Assembly (NCBI GenBank): GCA_021801255.1
Contig: JAJYYH010000039.1
Location: 2,914 to 66,913 of the forward strand
Direction of reading: 5' to 3'
Length of the DNA: 64,000 bases
DNA from: Pseudomonadota bacterium
GTDB taxonomy: Bacteria; Pseudomonadota; Alphaproteobacteria; Acetobacterales; Acetobacteraceae
In this document: piece after piece, positions 35,886 to 44,713 of the stretch
How the letters are laid out: each line of letters opens with the position of its first letter
How positions within the stretch are numbered: position 1 is the stretch's first letter
Made by a program: the position numbers and the translations under genes
Notes under the pieces: generated by a model
The model's database searches: none
The model's input: the letters and a program-made list of their open reading frames with translations, nothing else
Told to the model about the DNA's origin: nothing

Positions 35886-37357
35886 CCAGTGCCCGCGATC
35901 TTCTCGCCGCCGCGCCGCTGGAAGCGGATCTCCATCCCTGGCCGGGACGGGTGCTCGATGCGGATTCCTGGCGCGCTTTGGCCACCGCACCGGAGAGCGA
36001 AGAGCTTCTCCTGCTCGCCCTCTGGGCTTCGGGCGGGCGGGTGCGGGCGCTGTTTCGCGGCCCCGCGGGAGACATCCTGCCGGTGGTGGCGCCGCTTGCC
36101 GATCGCGGCTTCGCCGCCCTCTCGCCACACTGGCCGGTGGCGGACGATTTCGAGCGGGTGGTCGGCGATCTCTGGGGCTATCGCGCCGCGGGCGGCGCGG
36201 AGGCGCCGCTCCTCGATCATGGCTTGTGGCCCTGCACCGCCCCGCTCGCCGCCCGCCCCGGCCCGCCCGCCGCCGAGCCGGCCTGGGCGGAGTTTTTCCC
36301 CGATGCGCCTTCCGGGCAACTGGCGATCGGGCCGGCCAGCGGCGATCTCGCCGGCCCCGCCCATTGGCGGTTCCGCCTGGATGGGGAGTGCATCGCCGCC
36401 GTCGCGCGCCGGCCGGGCTATGCCCATAAGGGTCAGATCGCCTTGATGCGCGAGAGGACGGCGCGGGTTGCGGCACGCTTCGCCGCCCGCCTCGCGGCCG
36501 AGGCGACCGTCGCGCACAGCCTCGCCTTCGCCACCGCCGCCGAGGCCGCACTTGGGGTCGCCGCGCCGCCCCGTGCCGTGGCACTGCGCGGCGTGATGGC
36601 CGAGATCGAGCGCATCACGACCCATCTCTCCCGCCTCGTCACCCTTGCCGAGCTGACCGGCGCCGCGCCCGCCGCGCGGTTGGGTGCCGCGGCGCTGGCG
36701 GCGCTGCGGGAGGCTTGCGGGAGCGTTTTCGGCCATCGGCTGATGATGGACGTGCTGATCCCCGGGGGGCTCGCCGGTGATCTCGATGCCGCGGGGGCGC
36801 GCGGCCTCGCCGGCGCTCTTGATCAGGTGGAGAGCCGCCTTGCCGGCTTCTCCCTCGCCGAATCGGCGCTGGCCGGGCGTGGGCGGGTGGCGCGGGATAC
36901 CTTGCGCCGGCTCACGGGCTGCGGATTTGCCGCCCGCGCCTGTGGCAGCCGCGAAGACGCGCGCCGCAATCCTGGCTATCCGCCCTATGACCGGCTCGAT
37001 TTCGCGCTTCCCGAGATTGTTGGCGGCGATGTCGAGGCGCGGGCATGGGCGCGGCGCGAGGAGATCGCGCTCGCGCTCACCCTGGCGCGCGTGCTGCTCG
37101 CCGATCTGCCCCCCGGCCCGGTGCTGGCGCCCCTCCCGAACGGCACCGGCAAGGGGCTTGGGCTCGCCGAGGGGCCAGAGGGCGAGATCTGGCATTTTCT
37201 GGAGATCGAGGGTGGGTTGATCGTCGCGGCGTTTCCCTGCGATCCCGGCTGGCGCACCGGGAGGCTGCTGGAGGCGGCGCTGCGGGGGGCGGCGTGGGAC
37301 GAGTTCGCGCTGATCCGCGCGTCCTTCGGCGGCAGCGTGCCGGGGATGGATCTGTGA
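35882..37357 (+). CDS. Fused NuoC/NuoD-like (HycE-like) large subunit lacking NiFe-binding cysteines
   Basis: ATG 35882 overlaps the upstream stop. NuoC-like WPVADDFERVVGDLWGY. NuoD/HycE-like GPAHWRFRLDGECI...GYAHKG. ARLAAEATVAHSLAF replaces the R-x-C-G-x-C-x-x-x-H motif, and the C-terminal ASFGGSVPGMDL replaces D-P-C-x-x-C. Confidence 0.75.
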   Translation: MTSARDLLAAAPLEADLHPWPGRVLDADSWRALATAPESEELLLLALWASGGRVRALFRGPAGDILPVVAPLADRGFAALSPHWPVADDFERVVGDLWGYRAAGGAEAPLLDHGLWPCTAPLAARPGPPAAEPAWAEFFPDAPSGQLAIGPASGDLAGPAHWRFRLDGECIAAVARRPGYAHKGQIALMRERTARVAARFAARLAAEATVAHSLAFATAAEAALGVAAPPRAVALRGVMAEIERITTHLSRLVTLAELTGAAPAARLGAAALAALREACGSVFGHRLMMDVLIPGGLAGDLDAAGARGLAGALDQVESRLAGFSLAESALAGRGRVARDTLRRLTGCGFAARACGSREDARRNPGYPPYDRLDFALPEIVGGDVEARAWARREEIALALTLARVLLADLPPGPVLAPLPNGTGKGLGLAEGPEGEIWHFLEIEGGLIVAAFPCDPGWRTGRLLEAALRGAAWDEFALIRASFGGSVPGMDL

Positions 37358-37731
37358 GCCGGGCGGGTGGCGGACGGGCGGTGTTTTTTCTCGATGCCGG
37401 CGGCTGTGGCGGCTGCGCGCTCGAACTCCAGCTCGTGGTGCGGCGGGCCGGTTTCCGGCTCGCCGCGAGCCCGGCGGCCGCCGCGATCCTGCTGGTCGCG
37501 GGGCCGGTCGGCGCGGCCATGGACTACGCCCTCGAAGCCGCCTGGCAAGCCATGGCGGGGCCGAAATTTCTTGTGGCGCTTGGCGATTGCGCGATCGATG
37601 GCGGCGTGTTCCAGGGCAGCTATGCCTGCCGGGGGGGACTCGCTCGGCGCGCACCCGATCTCGTCATCCGCGGCTGCCCGCCCGATCCGGAAACCATCCT
37701 GGGCGCCCTCGCCACCCTCCCCGAGGACTGA
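37354..37731 (+). CDS. NuoB/HycG-like small subunit with retained [4Fe-4S] cysteine ligands
   Basis: GTG 37354 overlaps the upstream stop (GTGA). DAGGCGGCALE, LGDCAIDGG and RGCPPDP motifs. 125 aa. Confidence 0.75.
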   Translation: MSRAGGGRAVFFLDAGGCGGCALELQLVVRRAGFRLAASPAAAAILLVAGPVGAAMDYALEAAWQAMAGPKFLVALGDCAIDGGVFQGSYACRGGLARRAPDLVIRGCPPDPETILGALATLPED

Positions 37732-37747
37732 GCGTTTTAAAAAGAAT
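37727..37747 (+). repeat. 21-bp AT-rich direct repeat, left copy (partner 39960-39980)
   Basis: actgagcgttttaaaaagaat; includes the TGA stop of the NuoB-like gene. Confidence 0.85.
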
Positions 37748-37770
37748 GCCCTCGCGCGCCGGCGCTGGCC

Positions 37771-38268
37771 TCAATGATGGCCACTGAAGCCGCCGCCGCC
37801 ATGGAACCCACCGCCGCCAAAACCGCCGCCATGGAAGCCGCCGCCATGGAAGCCGCCGCCAAAGCCGCCATGATTGCCCGCGAAGCCGCCGAAATGGCCA
37901 CCCGGCCCGCCATAGGTATGCGCCCAGTTGCCACGGAAGCCGCCGCCCGCGGGGCCGCCAAAGGCGCGGCCATTGTAAAACCCGCCATGGCTGAAGTTAT
38001 TGAAATTATTATAGATCCCATACCCGCCGAAGCCCAGCAGACCGATGCCCGCGAAACCCAGCCCCCAGCCCCAGGGATCGTAGCCGCCGTAGCCGTAATA
38101 GGGGCCGCCCCCATAGCCATAATCGCCATAGCCGCCGTAATCGCCATAGCCGCCATCATAGCCATAGCCGGCGGTATAATAGCTCGCGGGCTCGCTGCAG
38201 GCCGCGACCAGAGCCGTGAGGCCGAGGATCGCCCAGAGATGGCGCGGCCGCTGCTTCCTGCCCAACAT
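37771..38268 (-). CDS. Gly/Tyr/His-rich putative lipoprotein
   Basis: AAGGAGA RBS 7 nt upstream of the ATG. Signal peptide with lipobox MLGRKQRPRHLWAILGLTALVAAC. The mature part is low complexity (GYGYDGGYGDYGGYGDYGYGGGPYYGYGGY ... GGFHGGGFHGGGFGGGGFHGGGGFSGHH). Confidence 0.6.
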   Translation of the reverse strand: MLGRKQRPRHLWAILGLTALVAACSEPASYYTAGYGYDGGYGDYGGYGDYGYGGGPYYGYGGYDPWGWGLGFAGIGLLGFGGYGIYNNFNNFSHGGFYNGRAFGGPAGGGFRGNWAHTYGGPGGHFGGFAGNHGGFGGGFHGGGFHGGGFGGGGFHGGGGFSGHH

Positions 38269-38443
38269 GACGTCGTCTCCTTCAAGGCACGCCCGATGCG
38301 CACCCCAATACTCCCATACATGGAAAGCCCCGATGATGCGATAACCACCCGAGGTCGATGATTTCACGATCAAATTTCGGCGACGAAATGGCATGGCGGC
38401 GGCATGTCTTCCCATATCCGCGGCGCATCCACATTTTCCTCTC

Positions 38444-39964
38444 ATGCGGGTTCATTTCATGCAGGCGGGAGGGCGGGTTGTGGCGCGCGCGACGTTAGCG
38501 GGGCTGATGCTGCTCGGGCTCGCCGCTGCGCCGACGCGCGCCGCGCCGCCCGCCCAGGGCGGCGCATCGACGGAGAGTGTTGCACCGCCGGGCCGGGTCG
38601 GGCGGATCGCTGCGCTGCGCGGGGCGGTGGCGTTGCGCCAGGCGGGGGGTGGGGTCGCGCCGGCGCGGCAGAACGATCCGCTGACGAGCGCCAGCGTGGT
38701 CGAAACCGGCGCGGGGGCACAGGTAAAACTCGAAATCGGCCCGAGCCGGCTCTGGCTCGATCAGCGGAGCCGCCTCGCCATCGATCGCCTCGATGACCAG
38801 CATTTCATCGCGACACTCAGCGCCGGCGCGCTGTTCCTTGATGTGCGCGACCCGCAACCGGGCGAGGGCTGGTATGTTCTCACCGCGCGCGCGACGCTGG
38901 TCGTGCGGCGCACCGGCCGCTTCGTCATCAACGCTGGCGATGCCACCCAGCCGAGCCGATTCTCGGCACTCGACGCGCCGGCCGATCTCGTCACCGAGGG
39001 CCGCACCCTGCATCTCGGCGTCGAGCGGAGCGCCGCGTTTCTCGGCACCGCGCCGCCCTATCGCGGTGGCATCGGCGATCTCGTGGTCGATGATTTCACC
39101 GCGCTGATGGGCCAGCACGACCCGGCCGAATACGCCTCCTCGCCGCCGGTCTTCGCCCTGCCCCCGCGGGTCGCGGCAATGACCGGGGGCGAGACGCTGA
39201 TGCAGCTCGGCAATTGGGTGAATAATCCGGCTTTCGGCCCACTCTGGTATCCCCCCGTCGGGCCGGGCTGGTCGCCCTACACGAGGGGCGGCATCTGGAC
39301 CTATGTCGCGCCCTGGGGCTGGACCTGGGTGTCCTCCGAGTCCTGGGGGTTCGCGCCGTTCCATTACGGCCGCTGGGTGGCGATCGACGGCACCTGGGCC
39401 TGGGCACCGGAGATCGCCAACGCCCCGCTCAATGCGCCGCCGATCTATGCCCCGGCCCTGGTGACGTTCCTTGGCACCAATGCCGGGGTCGGGATCGGCA
39501 GCGGCTTCGGCTTCGAGTTCGGCCTGCCGAGCGCCTACCCCTTCGCGCCGCTGGCCTGGGCGCCGCTCTGGCCGGGCGAGTTCTACCTGCCGCCCTATCC
39601 GGTCAACCGCACCTATCTCCGGGCCATCAACCGCGCCAATGTCGCCGATCCCGACCACCCCGTGGCGCCCGACCCCGCGCATCTCGCGGCGCGCCCCGGG
39701 GCTGTGACCAGCGCCGCCCTCGCGGCGGCGAGCCTGCCGGCCAGGGCCGCGCCTTCGGCCGCCGCGCCGGGCCGGGCGGAGACAGCGGAGGCGGTGGTCG
39801 ATGAGGAGCATGTCAGCGCCGAGCATGTCATGGCGCGGGTGCGGCCGGGCTTCGCCCGCGCCATGGCGGCGCGGAGCGCGGCGGCGGCACGGGCGGGATT
39901 TGCCGCCCGCACCACGAGTCTCACGGGCCTACCCGCCCGGCCACACGCCAGTTCCCATCACTGA
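38444..39964 (+). CDS. FecR-like / DUF6600-like secreted protein
   Basis: Signal-like LAGLMLLGLAAAPTRA, then a FecR-like beta region (VGRIAALRGAVALR...ATLVVRRTGRF), then a Trp/Tyr/Pro-rich segment WYPPVGPGWSPY...WGWTWVSSESWGFAPFHYGRWVAIDGTWAWAP. The start is 38444 or 38459. Confidence 0.6.
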   Translation: MRVHFMQAGGRVVARATLAGLMLLGLAAAPTRAAPPAQGGASTESVAPPGRVGRIAALRGAVALRQAGGGVAPARQNDPLTSASVVETGAGAQVKLEIGPSRLWLDQRSRLAIDRLDDQHFIATLSAGALFLDVRDPQPGEGWYVLTARATLVVRRTGRFVINAGDATQPSRFSALDAPADLVTEGRTLHLGVERSAAFLGTAPPYRGGIGDLVVDDFTALMGQHDPAEYASSPPVFALPPRVAAMTGGETLMQLGNWVNNPAFGPLWYPPVGPGWSPYTRGGIWTYVAPWGWTWVSSESWGFAPFHYGRWVAIDGTWAWAPEIANAPLNAPPIYAPALVTFLGTNAGVGIGSGFGFEFGLPSAYPFAPLAWAPLWPGEFYLPPYPVNRTYLRAINRANVADPDHPVAPDPAHLAARPGAVTSAALAAASLPARAAPSAAAPGRAETAEAVVDEEHVSAEHVMARVRPGFARAMAARSAAAARAGFAARTTSLTGLPARPHASSHH

Positions 39965-39980
39965 GCGTTTGAAAAAGAAT
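39960..39980 (+). repeat. 21-bp AT-rich direct repeat, right copy
   Basis: actgagcgtttgaaaaagaat; 20/21 identical to 37727-37747; includes the TGA stop of the DUF6600-like gene. Confidence 0.85.
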
Positions 39981-40037
39981 CTCCCACCACCCCGGAATCG
40001 GCGGGAAAAAACCAATGTTCCCAGTGGGCATGCTTTT

Positions 40038-40979
40038 TCAAGTTCGATTGATCTCCACGCCCTGACCGAGCAGGCGCAGTCCCGGCTCCGGCCAGTCCAT
40101 CACCGCGAGCTGGCCGGTACCCGAGAGGGTGATATAGGCGGTGCGCATATCCGCGCCGCCGAAGCAGATGTTGGTCGGATAGGCCTCCGGCATCTTGACC
40201 TGGCGCACCACCCGCCCGTCGGGCGCGATCTCGGTGATGTGGCCGGTGTTGAGGGTGGCGACGGCGACATTGCCCGAGGCCATCACGGCTAGGCTGTCGA
40301 AGCGCTGAAACCCCGCGAGGCCGGCGATCAGCCGTCCGCCATGCGGGGAGGCGGGAAAGGGCTGCTTGCGCGCGACGCCGGGGCCTTCGAGATCGAAGCC
40401 CCAGAGCCGGGAGGTTTCGGTCTCCGCGACATAGACCACCTTGCCATCCGGCGAGAGGCCGATGCCGTTCGGCGTCAGCACCGGATAGGCGATCTCGGTG
40501 ATCGCCGAGCCGTCGGCGCGGGCATAATAGACCCCGCCATGGTCGCGATCCTCGGCCCGCACCTTGCCGAGATCGGTGAAATAGAAGCCGCCCGCGTCAT
40601 CGAATACGATGTCGTTCGGCCCACGCAGCCGGCGCGCGCCGCAATGGTCATAGAGCTTCGTCACCGCGCCGGTTTTGGCATCGATGCGCTCGATCCGCCC
40701 GCCGGCGTAGTTTTTCGCCTGCATCACGGGGAGCAACAGACCGGCGCGCTCGGCCCATTCGAAGCCGCCATTATTGCAGAGGTAATAGGCGCCATCGGGG
40801 CCGATCGCGAGCCCGTTGGGGCCGCCGCCGGTTTCGGCGAGAACCGTGACGGTGCCATCGGGGGCGACGCGGCTGATGGTGCCGCGGGCGATCTCGACGA
40901 GCACCACCGAGCCGTCGGCGAGCGCCACCGGACCCTCCGGAAAGCGCAAGCCCCTGGCCATGATCCTGATCTGTGCCAT
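40038..40979 (-). CDS. SMP-30/gluconolactonase/LRE-family protein
   Basis: Starts MAQIRIMARGLRFPEGPV; repeated beta-propeller motifs GPNGLAIGPDG, PNDIVFDDAGGFYFTD, PNGIGLSPDG. Confidence 0.85.
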   Translation of the reverse strand: MAQIRIMARGLRFPEGPVALADGSVVLVEIARGTISRVAPDGTVTVLAETGGGPNGLAIGPDGAYYLCNNGGFEWAERAGLLLPVMQAKNYAGGRIERIDAKTGAVTKLYDHCGARRLRGPNDIVFDDAGGFYFTDLGKVRAEDRDHGGVYYARADGSAITEIAYPVLTPNGIGLSPDGKVVYVAETETSRLWGFDLEGPGVARKQPFPASPHGGRLIAGLAGFQRFDSLAVMASGNVAVATLNTGHITEIAPDGRVVRQVKMPEAYPTNICFGGADMRTAYITLSGTGQLAVMDWPEPGLRLLGQGVEINRT

Positions 40980-41079
40980 GCGTCGTTTCTCCCAATGATT
41001 GACGCCGGAGAGAGTATCCGATTTGCTGCGCGCGAAAAGAGGCGCGCCCACGCGCCGCCACAAGACAGGGAGAGAAATA

Positions 41080-42222
41080 ATGACCGGGGGCAAGAGCATG
41101 GTCACGCGCCGCATCTGGCTTGGCGGAGCGGCGGGGCTCGCCGCGGGCGCGCTCCTGGCGCCGTCGCGGCCTCGCGCCGAGGATGCCTATATCCTCGGCA
41201 CGCTGTTCCCGATGGCCGGGCCGAATGCCGAATATGGCACGATCTTTACCGCCGGCGCCGAGATGGCGCTCAAGCATGTCGCCGCCGATAAAATGCTCTC
41301 GCGCCCGCTCGTGCTGCGCGCCGAGGACAGCGAGGGCACGCCGCAAGGCGGCGCGGTCGGCATGAGCAAGCTCGTCAATGTCGATCGCGCGGTCTATGTA
41401 CTGATCGGCTTTACCGGAGTTTCCAAGGCCGCCGCCCCGATCGGCGCGCGCGCCAAGGTGGTGCTGGTCAATGGCGGCGGCGTCGGCCCCGATCTCGCCG
41501 GCCTCTCGCCCTATTATTGGAATGTCATCCCCCTGGTGCCCGACGAGATCAAGGTGCTGGTGCCCTTCCTGATGGCGCGCAAGCTGCGCCGCATCGCCCT
41601 CATTTACGTCAACGACCCGTTCGGCAACGGTCTGTTGAAATCATTGAAGGGCGATCTCACGGCGGCCGGGGGCGAGATTGTCACCGCCGATGCCATCGCG
41701 CCCACCGACCAGCAATTTTCCGCGATCGCCGCGCGCATCCGCACGCTCTCGCCCGATGCCGTCTATTTCGCCTCCTACGGCGCGCAGCAGGCGGAAATCA
41801 TCAAGCAATTGCGCGATGCCGGGATCAGCCAGCAATTGCTCACCTATTCCGCCGCGACCATCCCCTCGGTGCGCAATCTGCCCGAGGCGGAAGGGCTCAT
41901 TTTCACCAACCAGGCCGCCGACTGGTCGGCTGATGATCCCATAACCAAGCGCTTTGTCGCCGATTGGCGAGCGGCGTATCACACCGATCCCACCACCTAC
42001 AATCAAAACTACTACAACGCCGTCAGGCTTTTTGCCCTGCTCGCACAGCAATTGGAAAAATCGGGAAAACCCGTCAATGGCGATAACCTGCGCGCCGCCC
42101 TGCTCGCCACCCGCCGCTTCCCGCTGGTCGGCGGCGAGGGCGTGTTCGACGACCTCTGCGATATTTCGATGAAAATCGTTGTCAACCGCTATCAGGACGG
42201 CAAGCTCGTGCCGATCGGCTGA
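41080..42222 (+). CDS. ABC transporter substrate-binding protein (branched-chain amino acid / LivJ-like, PBP1)
   Basis: GGGAGAG RBS; signal sequence with RRIWLGGAAGLAAGALLAP; ILGTLFPMAGPNAEYG typical of the LivJ/LivK family. Confidence 0.85.
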   Translation: MTGGKSMVTRRIWLGGAAGLAAGALLAPSRPRAEDAYILGTLFPMAGPNAEYGTIFTAGAEMALKHVAADKMLSRPLVLRAEDSEGTPQGGAVGMSKLVNVDRAVYVLIGFTGVSKAAAPIGARAKVVLVNGGGVGPDLAGLSPYYWNVIPLVPDEIKVLVPFLMARKLRRIALIYVNDPFGNGLLKSLKGDLTAAGGEIVTADAIAPTDQQFSAIAARIRTLSPDAVYFASYGAQQAEIIKQLRDAGISQQLLTYSAATIPSVRNLPEAEGLIFTNQAADWSADDPITKRFVADWRAAYHTDPTTYNQNYYNAVRLFALLAQQLEKSGKPVNGDNLRAALLATRRFPLVGGEGVFDDLCDISMKIVVNRYQDGKLVPIG

Positions 42223-42228
42223 TCTGCC

Positions 42229-43098
42229 ATGCTGATCCTGCAATTGCTGGTCTCGGGGATCGAGGCCGGCGCGCTCTATGCGCTGACCGCCGCCGGCTTC
42301 GCGCTGATTTTTGGCGCGACACGGATTTTTCATTTTGCCCATGGCGCGACCTATGCGTTGGCCGGCTACGCCTTCGTACTAGCGACGCGCCTGGGCTGGG
42401 CGTGGCCGGCGGGCGTCGGGCTCGCGCTGGTCGTGGCGATCGCTTTCGGGTTGCTGCTCGAAGCCGCCGTCTATCGGCCGATCCAGCGCCATCATGGCGC
42501 GTTTTTTACGGTGTTTGTCGCGGCCTTCGGCGTGGTGATCGTCGTGCAAAGCCTGATCGAACTCAGTTTCGGCCGCGCCTTCATCGCCATTTCGAGCCCG
42601 CTCACCCGCGCCCACGAGGTCCTGCCGGGTCTCTATATCGCGCGGGTGTTCTGGCTCGCGCTCGCCACGGCCGGGGTGGTTTTCGCCGTCCTCGGCGCCT
42701 TTCTCGCGCGCACGCGGGCCGGCATCGGGCTGCGCGCGCTCGCCGAAAACCCCGATCTGCTACGCGCCTTTGGCCTCTCCTCACGCCGCCTTTCGGCGCT
42801 CGCCTTCGCGCTTGGCTCGGCACTCGCGGTGCCGGGCGCGGTGCTCGGCGCGATGACCACCGGGTTGTCGCCAGGGGTTGGCGCGCATGTCATGCTGATC
42901 AGCCTCGCCGCCTCGGTGATGGGCGGCATCGGCAGTCTGCGCGGCGCGGCGCTGGCCGGGCTCTTGCTCGGCATCGTCGAAAATCTCGTCGTCGCCGGGC
43001 TCGATACGCAGTGGAGCGAGGCGGCGGGCTTCGTTGCGCTGTTCGCCTTCATCCTGTTCCGCCCGCGCGGGATTTTTGGCGCGGCGCTGGTGCGATGA
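42229..43098 (+). CDS. livH: Branched-chain amino acid ABC transporter permease
   Basis: MLILQLLVSGIEAGALYALTAAGFALIFG... LivH-type N-terminus; 289 aa. Confidence 0.85.
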   Translation: MLILQLLVSGIEAGALYALTAAGFALIFGATRIFHFAHGATYALAGYAFVLATRLGWAWPAGVGLALVVAIAFGLLLEAAVYRPIQRHHGAFFTVFVAAFGVVIVVQSLIELSFGRAFIAISSPLTRAHEVLPGLYIARVFWLALATAGVVFAVLGAFLARTRAGIGLRALAENPDLLRAFGLSSRRLSALAFALGSALAVPGAVLGAMTTGLSPGVGAHVMLISLAASVMGGIGSLRGAALAGLLLGIVENLVVAGLDTQWSEAAGFVALFAFILFRPRGIFGAALVR

Positions 43099-43973
43099 CC
43101 GCCTATCTCCTTAATCTCGCGCAACTCGCCGCGATTTTTGGCCTGCTTAGTGTCAGCCTCAACATCCTGATCGGCTATGGCGGCATTTTCAGTGTCGCGC
43201 ACGCGGTGTTTTTTGGTCTCGGCGCCTATGCCGGGGCGCATGTCGCGCTCGATCTGTTTCCCGATCTGCTGCTCGCAGCGCTTGCCTCGGCCCTCATCGC
43301 CGGGCTGCTCTCGGCGGCGCTCGCGCTTCCCGCCTTGCGCGTGCGGGGCGAATATTTCGTTATCGCCAGTCTTGGCCTGCAAATGCTGGCGACCACCGTG
43401 TTCACCGAGGCGCAAGCCATCACCGGCGGGCTTGGCGGACTGGTCGGCATCCCGCCGCCGACGCTGTTCGGCTTCACGCTTGCCGATCCCTTGGTATTCC
43501 TGTTCTGCTGCCTCGCCTTCCTGGCGCTGGCGCTGGCGCTGGTGCGGCAACTCATGCGCGGCAGTTTCGGCCGCGCCTTGATGGCTCTGCGTGATTCCGA
43601 AATGGCCGCGGAGGCTCTCGGCAAGAATGTCGCGCTGATCAAGACCCTGGCGGTGGTGCTCGGCACGGCCTTTGCCGGCATCGCCGGCGCCCTGTTCGCG
43701 TTCCAGGAAGAATTCGTCAACGTCGAGAGCTTTACCCTGGATCAATCTGTGCTGATCCTGGCGATGGTGATCATCGGCGGTGCCGGCACGCTTTCGGGCC
43801 CGCTCATCGGCACGCTTCTGCTGCTGCTTTTGCCCGCCGCTCTCACTTTCATTCCCTTCATTCCACCGACCGATATCGGCGCCGTGCAGCAGCTGATCTA
43901 CGGTTTTGCGATGACACTGCTGATGATTTTTCGCCCCGCCGGCCTCGCCGGGCGCGCGATGGGGCGGCGATGA
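43095..43973 (+). CDS. livM: Branched-chain amino acid ABC transporter permease
   Basis: ATG 43095 overlaps the livH stop. LSVSLNILIGYGGIFSVAHAVFFGLGAY. Confidence 0.85.
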   Translation: MTAYLLNLAQLAAIFGLLSVSLNILIGYGGIFSVAHAVFFGLGAYAGAHVALDLFPDLLLAALASALIAGLLSAALALPALRVRGEYFVIASLGLQMLATTVFTEAQAITGGLGGLVGIPPPTLFGFTLADPLVFLFCCLAFLALALALVRQLMRGSFGRALMALRDSEMAAEALGKNVALIKTLAVVLGTAFAGIAGALFAFQEEFVNVESFTLDQSVLILAMVIIGGAGTLSGPLIGTLLLLLLPAALTFIPFIPPTDIGAVQQLIYGFAMTLLMIFRPAGLAGRAMGRR

Positions 43974-44713
43974 GCGCGCTGTTGTCGGCGCGTGGCCTGA
44001 CCCGGCATTTTGGCGGCATCAATGCGGTCGAGGCGGTCGATCTCGATCTCGCGCCGGGCATCATCACCGCCCTTGTCGGCCCGAATGGCGCGGGCAAGAC
44101 GACGCTTTTCAATCTCATCACTGGCCATCTCGCCGCCGATGCCGGTGTGGTCGAATTGTTTGGCCAGAAAATTACCGGGCATGCGCCGCATCGCATCGCG
44201 CGCATGGGGCTGGCGCGCAGTTTCCAGGATCTGCGCCTGTTCGCGCGAATGAGCGTGCGCGACAACGTGCTCGCCGCGACCGAGCCGGTCTCGTGGTTCT
44301 GGCAGCCCGGAGGCGTCCGCGCGGCCCGGGAACGCGCCGCACGCGGGGCGCAGGCGCTGGAACGCACCGGGCTTGCGCCACTGGCCCGCGCCGAGGCGGC
44401 TGATCTCGCCTATGCCGAGCGCAAATTCCTCTCGCTCGCGCGTATTCTGGCGAGCGGGGCGCGCATCTGGCTGCTCGATGAGCCGGCCTCGGGGCTCGAT
44501 CCCGCCTCACGCGCGCGTTTCACGGCGCTGTTGCGCGCGGCGGTCGCGGACGGCGTGACGATCTGCCTGATCGAGCATAATCTCGATATCGTCATCGAAC
44601 TTGCCGACCGTATCGTTTTTCTTGATCAGGGCCGCAAGCTCGCCGAAGGCGCGCCCGAGAGCGTCCTCGGCGATCCCCGCCTGGCCGCGATCTATTTCGG
44701 CGAACGCGCGTGA
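43970..44713 (+). CDS. livG: ABC transporter ATP-binding protein (LivG-like)
   Basis: Walker A GPNGAGKTT, signature-like YAERKFLSLARIL, Walker B IWLLDEPASG. Confidence 0.85.
   Translation: MSALLSARGLTRHFGGINAVEAVDLDLAPGIITALVGPNGAGKTTLFNLITGHLAADAGVVELFGQKITGHAPHRIARMGLARSFQDLRLFARMSVRDNVLAATEPVSWFWQPGGVRAARERAARGAQALERTGLAPLARAEAADLAYAERKFLSLARILASGARIWLLDEPASGLDPASRARFTALLRAAVADGVTICLIEHNLDIVIELADRIVFLDQGRKLAEGAPESVLGDPRLAAIYFGERA

Noticed and set aside
34931-37357. 808-aa ORF as a single large subunit
   Set aside because: The first ~317 codons are an alternative frame over the membrane-subunit gene (Arg/Gly-rich). The NuoC-like domain starts at ATG 35882, which is coupled to the upstream stop.
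35144-37654. 836-aa minus-strand ORF
   Set aside because: It is antisense to the Ehr-like operon, has no recognisable motifs, and has shadow-frame composition.
37774-38361. 195-aa plus-strand ORF (Ala/Met/Glu-rich) opposite the Gly-rich lipoprotein gene
   Set aside because: It has no RBS or signal features. The minus-strand frame has a strong AAGGAGA RBS and a signal peptide plus lipobox, so it is preferred. The low-complexity sequence keeps both frames open, so some doubt remains.
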